In this document: positions 8,779-18,155 of the stretch, one piece after another
How positions within the stretch are numbered: position 1 is the first letter of the stretch
How the letters are laid out: each line of letters starts with the position of its first letter
DNA from: Thermodesulfobacteriota bacterium
GTDB taxonomy: Bacteria; Desulfobacterota; Desulfobulbia; Desulfobulbales; SURF-16
Assembly (NCBI GenBank): GCA_040755455.1
Contig: JBFMAY010000006.1
Span: 41,770-105,769 of the forward strand
DNA: 64,000 bases
Direction: 5' to 3'
Position numbers and translations under genes: made by a program
Notes under the pieces: generated by a model
Seen by the model: only the letters and a program-made list of their open reading frames with translations
What the model was told of the DNA's origin: nothing
Database searches by the model: none

Positions 8779-10773
8779 TTATTTTTTCGTTACTTCATGG
8801 CACTCCGTGCAGTCTTTAGCGGCAAACGGAGGATGAACGTTATCCTTGAAGAACTTGGGATCCTTGGAAGCATGTGGATTATGGCAGCTCTTGCAGTCGA
8901 TCACCGCCGGATCGATGTGAAGATGGGCGGCGGTAAAGGCCTCATCCTTCTGGTCGTGGCATTCTCCGCACAACGGCTGGATGGGCTGGAGCAGCAGGGA
9001 GGGCTGGGCCGCGGCATGGGGCTGATGGCAGGCCAGACAGTCTTTTTGAGCTGGCGGATGGACCTGCTCCTTGGCCATCTTTTCCTTCAGCTCTTTATGG
9101 CAGGCCAGACACAGGTCCGGAGTCTCAGCCAGGATCAGTTTGGCCAATTTGGACTGGTGGGGGTTGTGGCACTGGGTGCATTGGTCGGAAATCACCGGAG
9201 CATGTTTGCTTTTTCCTTGCTGCACGGCGGCCATTAGCTCTTCATGGCATGAGGCGCACAGTGTCCCCTGGTTTTCCGTGGTCATGCCGGTGAAATTGCT
9301 GCCATGGGCATCATGGCAGGTCATACACTCGCCATCGCCAAACGGGACATGGATGTTCTCCTCTCCGGCCCCTTTGATCAGTTTGTCATGACACTGCGCA
9401 CACAATTTCTTGCCGGATTCCTTGAGCAGCTTTTCCTTGTCCGTGCCGTGGGCATTATGGCAGGCATTGCATGTCCCGTCACTCACCGGCGGATGGGTGT
9501 GGGATTTGATGAATTCCATTTTCTTCTCGGAATGGCAGGTGTAACAGATCACGTCAAGCCGGTCGTTGAACATCTTGGCAAAATTGGAACCGTGGGGATT
9601 ATGACAGGTGGTGCATGTCTCCTCGGTAAAAGCTATATGCACATTTTTGACCTTTTCCGCGGATCGGGTCTTGGCGTGGCACTGGAAGCAAAGCTCCTTG
9701 TCCTCCTTAAGGAGCAGCCCCTTGTTGGCCGCGGCATGGGGGGCATGGCAGGAAAGGCATCCCTTCTCGCCTGCCACTGGTTTATGGCCGACAGCCACAG
9801 CTTCCTCCTTTTCGCCATGACAGGTAAAGCATACCTTGTTGCCCTGCTGCGCCATCAGCTTCGGACTTTCCGAGGCGTGCGGGTTGTGGCAGGAAAGGCA
9901 CATGCCTTCCTGGAACGGGTTATGCTGAACGGTGCCCCCTGCCATCAAACTGTCGGCTTCGTGGCACTGGGAACAGAGTTCACCGTCCTTCTGCACGGTC
10001 TTGAAGGCATCCGCAGCGGTGGGTTCCTTATGGCAGGAATCGCACTCATGCTTGGCAACCGGCTCATGGACGCTGGATTTCAAAAGCTTTGCCTGGGTGG
10101 AGGAGTGGGGATTATGGCAGAGAGTACAGCGCTTGGTCTCCACCGGATACTCGCCATGGGCCGCTTTGAAAGAGGTCTTGCCCGCCTCATGGCAGGTCAG
10201 GCAGAGCGGAACCTCCTCCTTGATCAGCAGATTTTCGGCATCCGAGCCATGGGCCGAGTGGCAGGTTTGGCAGCCTTTCTCTTTAATGGCTTGATGAACA
10301 ACGCCCTTTTCAAATTTCTCCTTGGCATGGCACTGGTAACAGAATTCGCTGCCTTCGGCATTCAGCAGGTGGCTCGCCTGGGAGGCATGGGGGTTGTGGC
10401 ATTGTGAACACTGGCCGCGCTGCAGCACGGTGTGAACATGGGGTTTGTCCATGCCGATGGTGTCTGCCGCATGGCAGTCGAAGCATATCTGGTTGCCCTG
10501 TTTCTTCAGGATGAGCTTGGTCACGATCCCGTGTTTGAGATGGCATTCCTCACATTTTTTTTCCTTAACCACGGGGTGGACATTTTTCATGGTAAGATAC
10601 TGGTCGGCGAATTTCTTGTGGCAGTCGAGGCACTCCTTTTTCGCGAACCCCATCTTTTCTGCAGCGTCGGCCGGCTGACCCGCGAAAATGAACACCCCCC
10701 ACAGAACAGTCAGTGACAGCGATAAAAGAATCCATTTTCCTTTTGAGTAAACCATTAGCATTTTTGACCCCAT
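8779..10773 (-). CDS. 26-heme c-type cytochrome (paired-CxxCH family)
   Basis: Signal/anchor helix and 26 CxxCH motifs counted. Confidence 0.95.
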   Translation of the reverse strand: MGSKMLMVYSKGKWILLSLSLTVLWGVFIFAGQPADAAEKMGFAKKECLDCHKKFADQYLTMKNVHPVVKEKKCEECHLKHGIVTKLILKKQGNQICFDCHAADTIGMDKPHVHTVLQRGQCSQCHNPHASQASHLLNAEGSEFCYQCHAKEKFEKGVVHQAIKEKGCQTCHSAHGSDAENLLIKEEVPLCLTCHEAGKTSFKAAHGEYPVETKRCTLCHNPHSSTQAKLLKSSVHEPVAKHECDSCHKEPTAADAFKTVQKDGELCSQCHEADSLMAGGTVQHNPFQEGMCLSCHNPHASESPKLMAQQGNKVCFTCHGEKEEAVAVGHKPVAGEKGCLSCHAPHAAANKGLLLKEDKELCFQCHAKTRSAEKVKNVHIAFTEETCTTCHNPHGSNFAKMFNDRLDVICYTCHSEKKMEFIKSHTHPPVSDGTCNACHNAHGTDKEKLLKESGKKLCAQCHDKLIKGAGEENIHVPFGDGECMTCHDAHGSNFTGMTTENQGTLCASCHEELMAAVQQGKSKHAPVISDQCTQCHNPHQSKLAKLILAETPDLCLACHKELKEKMAKEQVHPPAQKDCLACHQPHAAAQPSLLLQPIQPLCGECHDQKDEAFTAAHLHIDPAVIDCKSCHNPHASKDPKFFKDNVHPPFAAKDCTECHEVTKK

Positions 10774-10801
10774 GGCTACGTTTGGATAGTCGGTTTGTTA
10801 T

Positions 10802-12478
10802 TTATTTTCCGAGATCAGCGAGATTCTCGATATAAATTTCCACCGTATAGAATTTTTTGAGTTTCTCGACCCATTCGTCCAGCGCCTGCTGCAGCTTCAA
10901 CTTGAACACCTTTTCTTTGATGCCGTCACTCACATCAGCCAGATCCTGGGGGACGGGCGCGACGATTTCCCCGATTGCCAGCACATATGAGCGTCCCTGG
11001 CCATCTGTATAGATTGTGAACTCTCCGGCTTTGCTGCCAGCCAGCATCTTCTGCATCTCATCAGGCAGGCTGGTCATGAGCAGCAGTTTGCCCTCAAATT
11101 TCAGCAGACCTGCCGTTTGCGGGTCCAACTGGCCCTCGGCATTGGCGGCAAGCCATTTAAAGTCGGTACCGGTTTTCATTTTCTGCAGAACCTGTTCGGC
11201 TCTGGTCTTGTCGGAGAAAACCAGGCTGTGGATGCGGATCATGGGCGGGGTTGAATAGGAGGCGATATTTTCCTGGTAATATTGCTTGATGTCATTTTCA
11301 TCAAGGTGAATGTCCGGGATGATGACTTTTTCGACAAAGGCCCCGAACAGCAGGGAGGTCTTGTATTCTTCCACGGTTTTCTTGAAGGCGTCGGTCTTAT
11401 CAATGCCCTGCTGCAAGGCCTCTTTCAGTAAAATCCTGGTGGTCAGCATCTTGTAGAGCAAATCCTCTTTCTGCTGATTCAGCTTGCCCTTGCCGATGGC
11501 CTGCTCCACCCCATGGAAAAATTTCTTTTTGAGCTGTTCGCCCACCTCGCCCACGGTCACCGGGGCTTCCCCCTCAATGGTCGCCAGGGCGCGGGTGTCC
11601 TGCAGCATGGCCTCCAGGCCGGGCTCCTGGGCCTCGTAATCGATGTTTTTCAGCAACTCCTCATCGATTTTCGCATGTTTTTTCAGCAGGGTCTCGATGT
11701 AAGTCCTTTTGGCTTCATCCTTCTGCCGTTTCAGCACAGACGCCTCAATTCTTTGCTTGGCCTGGGCATCATCGGGATAACGGACTCCCTTGAGCTGCAT
11801 GATCACGAAGCCGTCCTGGATCGGAATGACCTGGCTTACGGCGCCGGTCTCCATTTTCGCCAGAGCCTGGGCAATCTGCGGCAGCATGTTCTTCTGCTTG
11901 AAATATTCAGCCTCGGCGGTTCCCTTGGCCGTGCCATCGGCAATCGCCCTGGTTGTCACCGCAGCAAAGTCCTGGCCTGCCGCGATTTCCTTTGCCAGTT
12001 TTGTGGCACGCTCTTCTGTTTCCAGCTTTATCGACTGGACGTAATACTCTTTGACCTCCTCCTTGTAGAGGGGGTCCACCTCTTTCTGGTCCGGCAGGAG
12101 GTCTTTGGTTTGTCTGTCAAGAAGAAGGGCGCCCATGCCCTGTTTGGAAAACTCGTCAATCCGCTGCTGATAAATGGGCATTTCGTCCAGGCCGATGTTC
12201 TTTGCCTCCAGCAGAATGAGTCTGGTGTTGATGAGACGGGTCAGGGGGGCTTGGTAATCAATTTTCGTGGTTTTTTGGGTATCCTCCATATCCCCGTGGC
12301 CATGCAGGGCATAAAGGGCCTCGTTGAATTCTTCCAGGGTGATGGGTTCATCGTTGACCTTGGCGACGATTTCCTTGCCGTCCATCACTGGCAGCGTCTC
12401 TGCGGCCTGAGCCCACAAGGCACTTGTTGCGAGGAAAAGAGTGACCACCGCGCCGATAGATAAGGCAATTTGTTTCAT
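10802..12478 (-). CDS. SurA/PpiC-type periplasmic peptidyl-prolyl isomerase chaperone (OscH-like)
   Basis: Signal peptide, VAKVNDEPIT SurA_N-like start and two parvulin-like units. Position in the omcS cluster. Confidence 0.8.
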   Translation of the reverse strand: MKQIALSIGAVVTLFLATSALWAQAAETLPVMDGKEIVAKVNDEPITLEEFNEALYALHGHGDMEDTQKTTKIDYQAPLTRLINTRLILLEAKNIGLDEMPIYQQRIDEFSKQGMGALLLDRQTKDLLPDQKEVDPLYKEEVKEYYVQSIKLETEERATKLAKEIAAGQDFAAVTTRAIADGTAKGTAEAEYFKQKNMLPQIAQALAKMETGAVSQVIPIQDGFVIMQLKGVRYPDDAQAKQRIEASVLKRQKDEAKRTYIETLLKKHAKIDEELLKNIDYEAQEPGLEAMLQDTRALATIEGEAPVTVGEVGEQLKKKFFHGVEQAIGKGKLNQQKEDLLYKMLTTRILLKEALQQGIDKTDAFKKTVEEYKTSLLFGAFVEKVIIPDIHLDENDIKQYYQENIASYSTPPMIRIHSLVFSDKTRAEQVLQKMKTGTDFKWLAANAEGQLDPQTAGLLKFEGKLLLMTSLPDEMQKMLAGSKAGEFTIYTDGQGRSYVLAIGEIVAPVPQDLADVSDGIKEKVFKLKLQQALDEWVEKLKKFYTVEIYIENLADLGK

Positions 12479-12509
12479 GTAATTCCTTTTGCGTTTTTTT
12501 TTGCACCAG

Positions 12510-13610
12510 TTAGTTGGCCATCATCGCAGCAACGGACCGGGCCATCTGCGAGGCCACGTCGTTTGCCGTAGATACCCTGCCCACATCAAAAAAGAAGACC
12601 CCGTCCGAGCCCTTATTGTAACTTTTCGAAGCCCACACGATCTCGCGGCTGTTGTTGAAAAACATGACCGTGGAGAAATCGACGTAAGGAGAGCCCCATG
12701 GCCCCTGGGCATCCTGATAATCGAGAATTTTGCCGGAGAGGATAAGATCCACGTTCAGGTTGCTGAAGATGGCCGCAGCGCTGGGCAGGGATATTCCGTC
12801 ATCCATGATAACCCTGAAACGAAGCAGCTCCTTGAAGACAACCCCGGGTTCCACCACCTCGAAATCCGGTAGATTCTGCAGTTCCTTGACAAAATGGAGC
12901 ACCATGATCTCGCCGCCGTTTTTGCGGTCGCTGAGATTGAAAAAAGGCAGGACCGCCACCGCGAATTTTCGCTTTTCCTGCTCCATGGTAGGAGAACGGA
13001 AGGCAAGTTTCGGGCGGAATCTGCTTTTTGCCGCCGGCATCTCCCGCTCTCCTGCCAGGCTTTCCCGCAGCGCAGCCACCAGCGTATGCAGGGCTTTGTC
13101 CCGCAGCGCGTCGGCCTGCTCGATCAACCCCAAGCCGAGCAGGCCCGGCGCCTCATCGCCGGCTAGGCCCACGTTGTCGATCCAGCGGATCACCGGCGGG
13201 TCCGATGAGGAAACCAGCCGGCATGTCAGGGCGATTTTGGGCGGGAACTGCTCCACATAGAGTTCGAGGGTGGTAATGACCGTCGCCTCAGCCCCGGTCT
13301 CCTGATGCAGCGCCTGTGCCGTGTCGCCGTCGATGCCCCCCACATTGCGCACCCGGTGGCCGGTCATGAATGACTCCAGGGTCTTGTCGTCCAGGACCGC
13401 AAATCCCTGTTGCTGCAGAAGGTCAATCAGGGTTGCCCGGATCTTCTGCAGCGGCGCGGGAGTGCCGCTCAGGTTCTGGACGGGAAAAACGGCAAGCAGG
13501 GGGGGTGCGTTTGTATCCGCGGCTGTCTTGTCCGGCTGGTTTTGTCGAGCAGCAGCGCCACAGCCGCAAAGGAGGACAAGGACGGCCAGGAGGGTGGCTC
13601 TCCTAGCCAT
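12510..13610 (-). CDS. Lipoprotein with two CsgG/PelC/TolB_N-like domains (OscG-like)
   Basis: Lipobox LCGC and a duplicated AV(F/L)PxxNLS motif. Start set to ATG 13610, overlapping the upstream stop. Confidence 0.72.
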   Translation of the reverse strand: MARRATLLAVLVLLCGCGAAARQNQPDKTAADTNAPPLLAVFPVQNLSGTPAPLQKIRATLIDLLQQQGFAVLDDKTLESFMTGHRVRNVGGIDGDTAQALHQETGAEATVITTLELYVEQFPPKIALTCRLVSSSDPPVIRWIDNVGLAGDEAPGLLGLGLIEQADALRDKALHTLVAALRESLAGEREMPAAKSRFRPKLAFRSPTMEQEKRKFAVAVLPFFNLSDRKNGGEIMVLHFVKELQNLPDFEVVEPGVVFKELLRFRVIMDDGISLPSAAAIFSNLNVDLILSGKILDYQDAQGPWGSPYVDFSTVMFFNNSREIVWASKSYNKGSDGVFFFDVGRVSTANDVASQMARSVAAMMAN

Positions 13611-14172
13611 TATAAAGCAGATGGATAAGCTCAAGCACCGCCTCTTCAGTAATTTCATTCATGGGTTGGCCGCCTCCCCCCAGCAGCCGGTCTTTCATGT
13701 TGATTCCCCCTTTCGTGGTGGACCCTGTCCAGATAACCCTGCCTGTCTGCACCTCCATCATCTGCAGGCCGATGGAAATCACATTGGAAGAGGCAGTCCC
13801 TGATCTGACCTCGCCATACTCCCTGACCACCCCGGTGATAACGGCATCGGCGGCAAGGGCAACCCCCAGTTTCTGGATCTCCTCGGCAGACGGGGCAGTG
13901 CTGTCAACAAGCTGAACCCTGGAGATGCCTCGGGCCACCTCACCTGGGGGAAGCACGTAAAGACTGGCGGTGGCGAGCAGCATATTCATAAAGACATCGC
14001 GGACCCGGTCTTCGACTCTGGTGTGGCCGGTGAGATTGGCAAAAGGCATCACCGCCACAGTCTGAATGGAGCCGAAATCCATATTCGCGTCATGATACGT
14101 CGTGAGAGGCGCTGCCGTGCACGCCGCGAGGAAGGCAAGTACGATGGGCAGAATAATTTTTTTAAGCCACAC
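13603..14172 (-). CDS. CsgG/PelC-like outer-membrane lipoprotein (OscF-like)
   Basis: Lipobox LAAC and motifs TVAVMPFANL, ADAVITGVVREYG, TGRVIW. GTG start after GGAG. Confidence 0.75.
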   Translation of the reverse strand: MWLKKIILPIVLAFLAACTAAPLTTYHDANMDFGSIQTVAVMPFANLTGHTRVEDRVRDVFMNMLLATASLYVLPPGEVARGISRVQLVDSTAPSAEEIQKLGVALAADAVITGVVREYGEVRSGTASSNVISIGLQMMEVQTGRVIWTGSTTKGGINMKDRLLGGGGQPMNEITEEAVLELIHLLYNG

Positions 14173-14250
14173 GTTGCATTCTCCAATGATGATTCGATAA
14201 AACAATGCTTGCTGGTATACTCTCATTGTAGCATAGGCATTGGAAAATAA

Positions 14251-16452
14251 TTAGTAAATCATCTTCACGATCGCATTAAATGATTTCAGGTCCACGGTCT
14301 CGCGAACCGAATCACTCTCCGTCACCATGTAGGAAAGATCCAGGGAGATGCGCGGGGCAATGGCCCAGCGCAGGCTCGGGCGGATGGTTTTTATTTTTGA
14401 CTGGTCTTCGGAACGCAGATCTTCGCTGTAGGCAAACTGCAGCTGCAGCGTGCCATAGGGAAAAGGTGACCAGTTCAGCGAATAATTCTGCAGGGTATCC
14501 TGTTTGCCGTCCTGTTCCACCCTGCCGATGGAGGCAAAGAGGTAGACCGTCTGGAACGGCCTGAAGGCAGCGCCCAGATCCATTCTATTGTCCTTCAGCA
14601 TTCCTTCGGCTCTGTCTCCCCCAGACTGATCCGTGCTGGTTCCGGAATAGCTCAGGGTCATGGTGAGGGCGTGGTGGGGAACAACGGTGGCACCGAAATT
14701 TACGATGGTGCTGTCATCCTGCTCGCCGGTTTCCTGGGTTTTTCTGTGCAGCCCGCCTTGCAGGAAGGCGTCAATGCCCTTGTAGAGTTCCGCCCTGTTT
14801 TGCAGAAAAAGCGAATCGGTGTCGGTCTCCTCATCGCCGATGCTCTCCCGTCGGCCGCTGAATAAGAGGGTGTGGTCCAGCGTCGGCAGGGGATCGGCGC
14901 GCAGTGAGGCGCTGTAGCCGTAAGCCTCCCCATCGTCGGTTATTTCCGTGATGTCCTCTCTGGAGAGTCTGAAGTTGCCGGAAAAGACGGGGGTGAGCTG
15001 GCGAAAACCTGAAAAGGCATTGACCAGGGTGTACCTTTCGTCGGCACCGGGATCGGTCTTGACCAGAAAATAGGAAATTTCATGGAACAGCTCTTCACTT
15101 TGCATGAGCCTGGTCCGCATGTCCATGTTGACCAGATGGGTTGTGGTGGTGTTTTTCCCTTCCGCATCCTGCACGGGCTTGGTGACATAAGGCTGGATCT
15201 CGGTGATAAATATGTCGGGGAAGGAGGTTGCATTCGGCAGGATGACGGTCAGCGGAGTGACAACAACCTTGATATAGCGGGTGGTCACGCTGGGGAAATC
15301 GATATCGAAATAGTTCTGGAAAGGGTCGAAGGGTACGGTGGTTACCGTGGTTTCCCGATGCCAGTTTTCGTTGTCCGCACTGGTATAAATATCCCAGGAG
15401 AAAAAGTCGGCAATATCGTTGGGCAACTCCCTGTCAACCCAGATACGCAGGTTGTTGACTTCCGTGTCACTGACAAAACCGAGTCCCACGTTGCGAGGTT
15501 GCCTGTCACTCGCGGCCGGGGGCAGGCCGATGTTCACCCCGCCGCTCGTGGCCAGGTCGCCGTCGATCAGGGCGGGATTGACGGTGAGCGCGCCAAGGGT
15601 CGGGCTGTCATCCAGGTCGGAAAGGCCGGAAAAAGGGAAAAGCGGAGAGTTGACCTCACCGGTGCCGTAGGCAATGGTATCAATTTCCATGCGGGAAACA
15701 TTGTAGGTGGTTGAGAAGGAACTGCGTTTGTTGAAAAAGGATTCCGAATAATTGACTCTCCCATTATGGATCGTGGTCTTGGTGTCAATACTGTTGACCC
15801 GGTCCGCGGTCTCCAGGAAGAAGGGCCGGTACTGGAGATCAAGCTTATCGTTGGCGTAGCGGCAGATGAGGGAAGCAGTGGTCTGGGTTGTATCCTGCAG
15901 CTCCCGGTCCTGGTCATAAAAATCAGCCTTTTCCAGCCGCATGTCAAAACTGGGCAATCCTTCCGGCCGCCAGCCCAGGATGGCATTGTACAGCTCGTTG
16001 ATGTTTGTTTGCCGGGACAGATCATCGACCTGGGCCTCGGCATCTCTTTTGCTGTAGCCAACCCCTGCGGTGTACACGGGGGTTTTCAGGGTCAGGTCGG
16101 CAAAGGGGCGGGTATTGGTCAGTGTCGTTACGCGGTCCTCGTCGTTGATGGTGGAATCGGTTTCGTCTTTCTGGAAAATTCCCCCGGCATTGAAACGAAG
16201 ATTGGGGTAAATGGTTTTGTCCAGGTTCAGATGGTAGTTCTGTCCCCAGGTTTCGCTCTGCGTTTCCGATTTCAGGCCAGTGGCCTTGTCCATGCTTTCC
16301 AGGTCAAATGTGTTGTAATCAAACTCCAGCAGGGCCCTTATACTGTCAGCCAGGGCCGGTTGCGGTGCGGGGATGAAAAACCAGCAGCAAAGATACAGCA
16401 GGAGCCTCAGGGTGTAATAGTGTAGCGTGTCCGGTCTGCATCGTTTGCTCAC
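14251..16452 (-). CDS. Outer-membrane beta-barrel with an inserted discoidin/F5-8-like domain (OscE-like)
   Basis: Signal peptide, alternating beta-strand pattern and a C-terminal aromatic residue (...VKMIY). Central ALIDGD...IYTSADNENW...TRYIKV segment. Confidence 0.72.
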   Translation of the reverse strand: MSKRCRPDTLHYYTLRLLLYLCCWFFIPAPQPALADSIRALLEFDYNTFDLESMDKATGLKSETQSETWGQNYHLNLDKTIYPNLRFNAGGIFQKDETDSTINDEDRVTTLTNTRPFADLTLKTPVYTAGVGYSKRDAEAQVDDLSRQTNINELYNAILGWRPEGLPSFDMRLEKADFYDQDRELQDTTQTTASLICRYANDKLDLQYRPFFLETADRVNSIDTKTTIHNGRVNYSESFFNKRSSFSTTYNVSRMEIDTIAYGTGEVNSPLFPFSGLSDLDDSPTLGALTVNPALIDGDLATSGGVNIGLPPAASDRQPRNVGLGFVSDTEVNNLRIWVDRELPNDIADFFSWDIYTSADNENWHRETTVTTVPFDPFQNYFDIDFPSVTTRYIKVVVTPLTVILPNATSFPDIFITEIQPYVTKPVQDAEGKNTTTTHLVNMDMRTRLMQSEELFHEISYFLVKTDPGADERYTLVNAFSGFRQLTPVFSGNFRLSREDITEITDDGEAYGYSASLRADPLPTLDHTLLFSGRRESIGDEETDTDSLFLQNRAELYKGIDAFLQGGLHRKTQETGEQDDSTIVNFGATVVPHHALTMTLSYSGTSTDQSGGDRAEGMLKDNRMDLGAAFRPFQTVYLFASIGRVEQDGKQDTLQNYSLNWSPFPYGTLQLQFAYSEDLRSEDQSKIKTIRPSLRWAIAPRISLDLSYMVTESDSVRETVDLKSFNAIVKMIY

Positions 16453-16458
16453 AAACCT

Positions 16459-17904
16459 CTACCTCTCGCCCATCAGGGTGAGACAACAGGGATCTTCCCC
16501 CACGTCGATTTCGGCCATCTTTTTTCTGCTTATCAGACCGAATACCCCTATCCGCTTTGACTGTGGATGCACCAGCAACAGTGTGTTCTCCTCACTGTCG
16601 ATGGTCATGTATGCTGTTTCGTCATCCGTCTGGATGGTAGATACGGGTAAAAGGGCAAAGGGGTCGTAAATCTGTATGGCGGTCTCGCGTTTTCGGACGA
16701 CATAAAGCAGGTCGGTGCGGGGATCAACCATGACGTCACGCATGCCGCTGCCGACAAATACCCGCTGCAGAACAATGAGGTTGCCGGCGTCGAGGACGGT
16801 GAGATAGGGCGAAACCGCGTTAATGATGTACAACCGGTCCCCATTCCGGTTGAATGCCCCTTTCTCGGGGGTTTCACCCACGGAGAAGTTAGTGGCCAGG
16901 GCGCGGCGGGCAATGTCAATGACCGAGATGGTGCCGGACATGGAGTTAAAGACAAAGGCCCTTTTGCCGGCAGGGTCCATTAGAATGGAGCGGGGTTCAT
17001 TGTCAACGGCAATTCTGTCGATTTCAAACATGGTCAGCGGGTCAATTAGGCTGACAGTGCTGGAACCGGTGTTTACCACGAGCAGAAGATCCCCTGCCGG
17101 GGTAATGGCCAGTTCCCGGGGATTGTCCCCGCTGCTGAGGCGGATTTGGGTGATAACTTCTCCGCCGCTCACATCGATGACGGCAATGGCATCTTCTGCG
17201 GCGAGAGCAACGTAGGCCCGGTTACGGTTGCGGTCCAGCACGATTCCTTCGGGACCTTTACCCGTGGCGATCATGCCGACAACCTGCAGGGCCTTTTTGT
17301 CGATGATTGTGATGTTGTTTGAGGCGGAGTTGGTCACATAGCCGATAAGTCCGGTTACCGGCTTTTCAGGCACAAAAATGGCGAACCCGGGAACAAAACT
17401 GAACCCCCCCCGCACTGATTGCGCGTAGTTGAAGACGAGAAGAAGAATCGTGGCCTTCCGCTTGGCAATCTGAAACGGGAAATCAACCATATCCGGTGTG
17501 TCAGATACCAGCAGGGCGGAGTCTTCCTCTTCTCCTTGCAAAAAGGCTTCCTTGACCCCAAAAGCGAGCCCCCGGTAATTGCCAGGGGGCAGAATGCCGG
17601 AGCCGAGCTGCCGCTGGCTCCGCATGCCCGCGCCATTGAAGTTGCTGAAGGCAAGGTCGATGGGCACCATGGTGCCGTCATCCCTGACGGCGGCGAGGGA
17701 TTGCAGGCTGAAGCGCAGCCGCTCGGTTCCCTGGGGAAAGGGCTGCGTATAAATGCTGAGTTCGCCTTCCGCCTCAAGGGCTTCCTTGAAGGAAAGATGG
17801 GTGGCTGGCTGGCACCCGGCCAGGCAGTGCAGAGCGATAAAAATGGCGATCAGGCAGGGTAACGGTAATGGGTGCATCGCAGACGAAATCGGGATGCCTG
17901 ACAT
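16459..17904 (-). CDS. YncE/YVTN beta-propeller lipoprotein (OscD-like)
   Basis: Lipobox LAGC and repeats YVTNSASNNITIID, VVNTGSSTVSLID, FVFNSMSGTISVID. Start codon uncertain. Confidence 0.82.
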   Translation of the reverse strand: MSGIPISSAMHPLPLPCLIAIFIALHCLAGCQPATHLSFKEALEAEGELSIYTQPFPQGTERLRFSLQSLAAVRDDGTMVPIDLAFSNFNGAGMRSQRQLGSGILPPGNYRGLAFGVKEAFLQGEEEDSALLVSDTPDMVDFPFQIAKRKATILLLVFNYAQSVRGGFSFVPGFAIFVPEKPVTGLIGYVTNSASNNITIIDKKALQVVGMIATGKGPEGIVLDRNRNRAYVALAAEDAIAVIDVSGGEVITQIRLSSGDNPRELAITPAGDLLLVVNTGSSTVSLIDPLTMFEIDRIAVDNEPRSILMDPAGKRAFVFNSMSGTISVIDIARRALATNFSVGETPEKGAFNRNGDRLYIINAVSPYLTVLDAGNLIVLQRVFVGSGMRDVMVDPRTDLLYVVRKRETAIQIYDPFALLPVSTIQTDDETAYMTIDSEENTLLLVHPQSKRIGVFGLISRKKMAEIDVGEDPCCLTLMGER

Positions 17905-18031
17905 GACATGACCTTTTTTCATTTTTGCCAGCGGATGTTGGGAACAGTTGCTTTGAACCAACTTATATCATTTGATTTTTTTTGTTGTCTAACAATTCTT
18001 ATCATATGCATAACCTCTCAAACAGCTCAAG

Positions 18032-18068
18032 AAAAAAAATGGGCCGGCGTTGTACCGGCCCATTTTTT
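18032..18068 (-). terminator. Rho-independent terminator downstream of omcS
   Basis: ATGGGCCGG-N7-CCGGCCCAT hairpin with A/T tracts on both sides. Confidence 0.85.
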
Positions 18069-18155
18069 ATGCCGGGAAAATGCACCTCGACATGGTCAGC
18101 ATACTGAAATTATGGTCAAAATACCTACGCAAAGAATCTTAGCCCGCTCTGCGGA

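Noticed and set aside
7454..10407. Long plus-strand ORFs (460, 230 and 367 aa) opposite the multiheme genes
   Set aside because: They are antisense shadows of repetitive CxxCH codons with no recognisable motifs. The same applies to the long ORFs opposite hcp (35830-37128) and polA (42717-43832).
7493..10773. Periodic nucleotide repeats (e.g. TTGTGGCA, ATGGCA) resembling an array
   Set aside because: They are explained by repeated Cys-His codons. There is no constant repeat-spacer structure and no cas genes.
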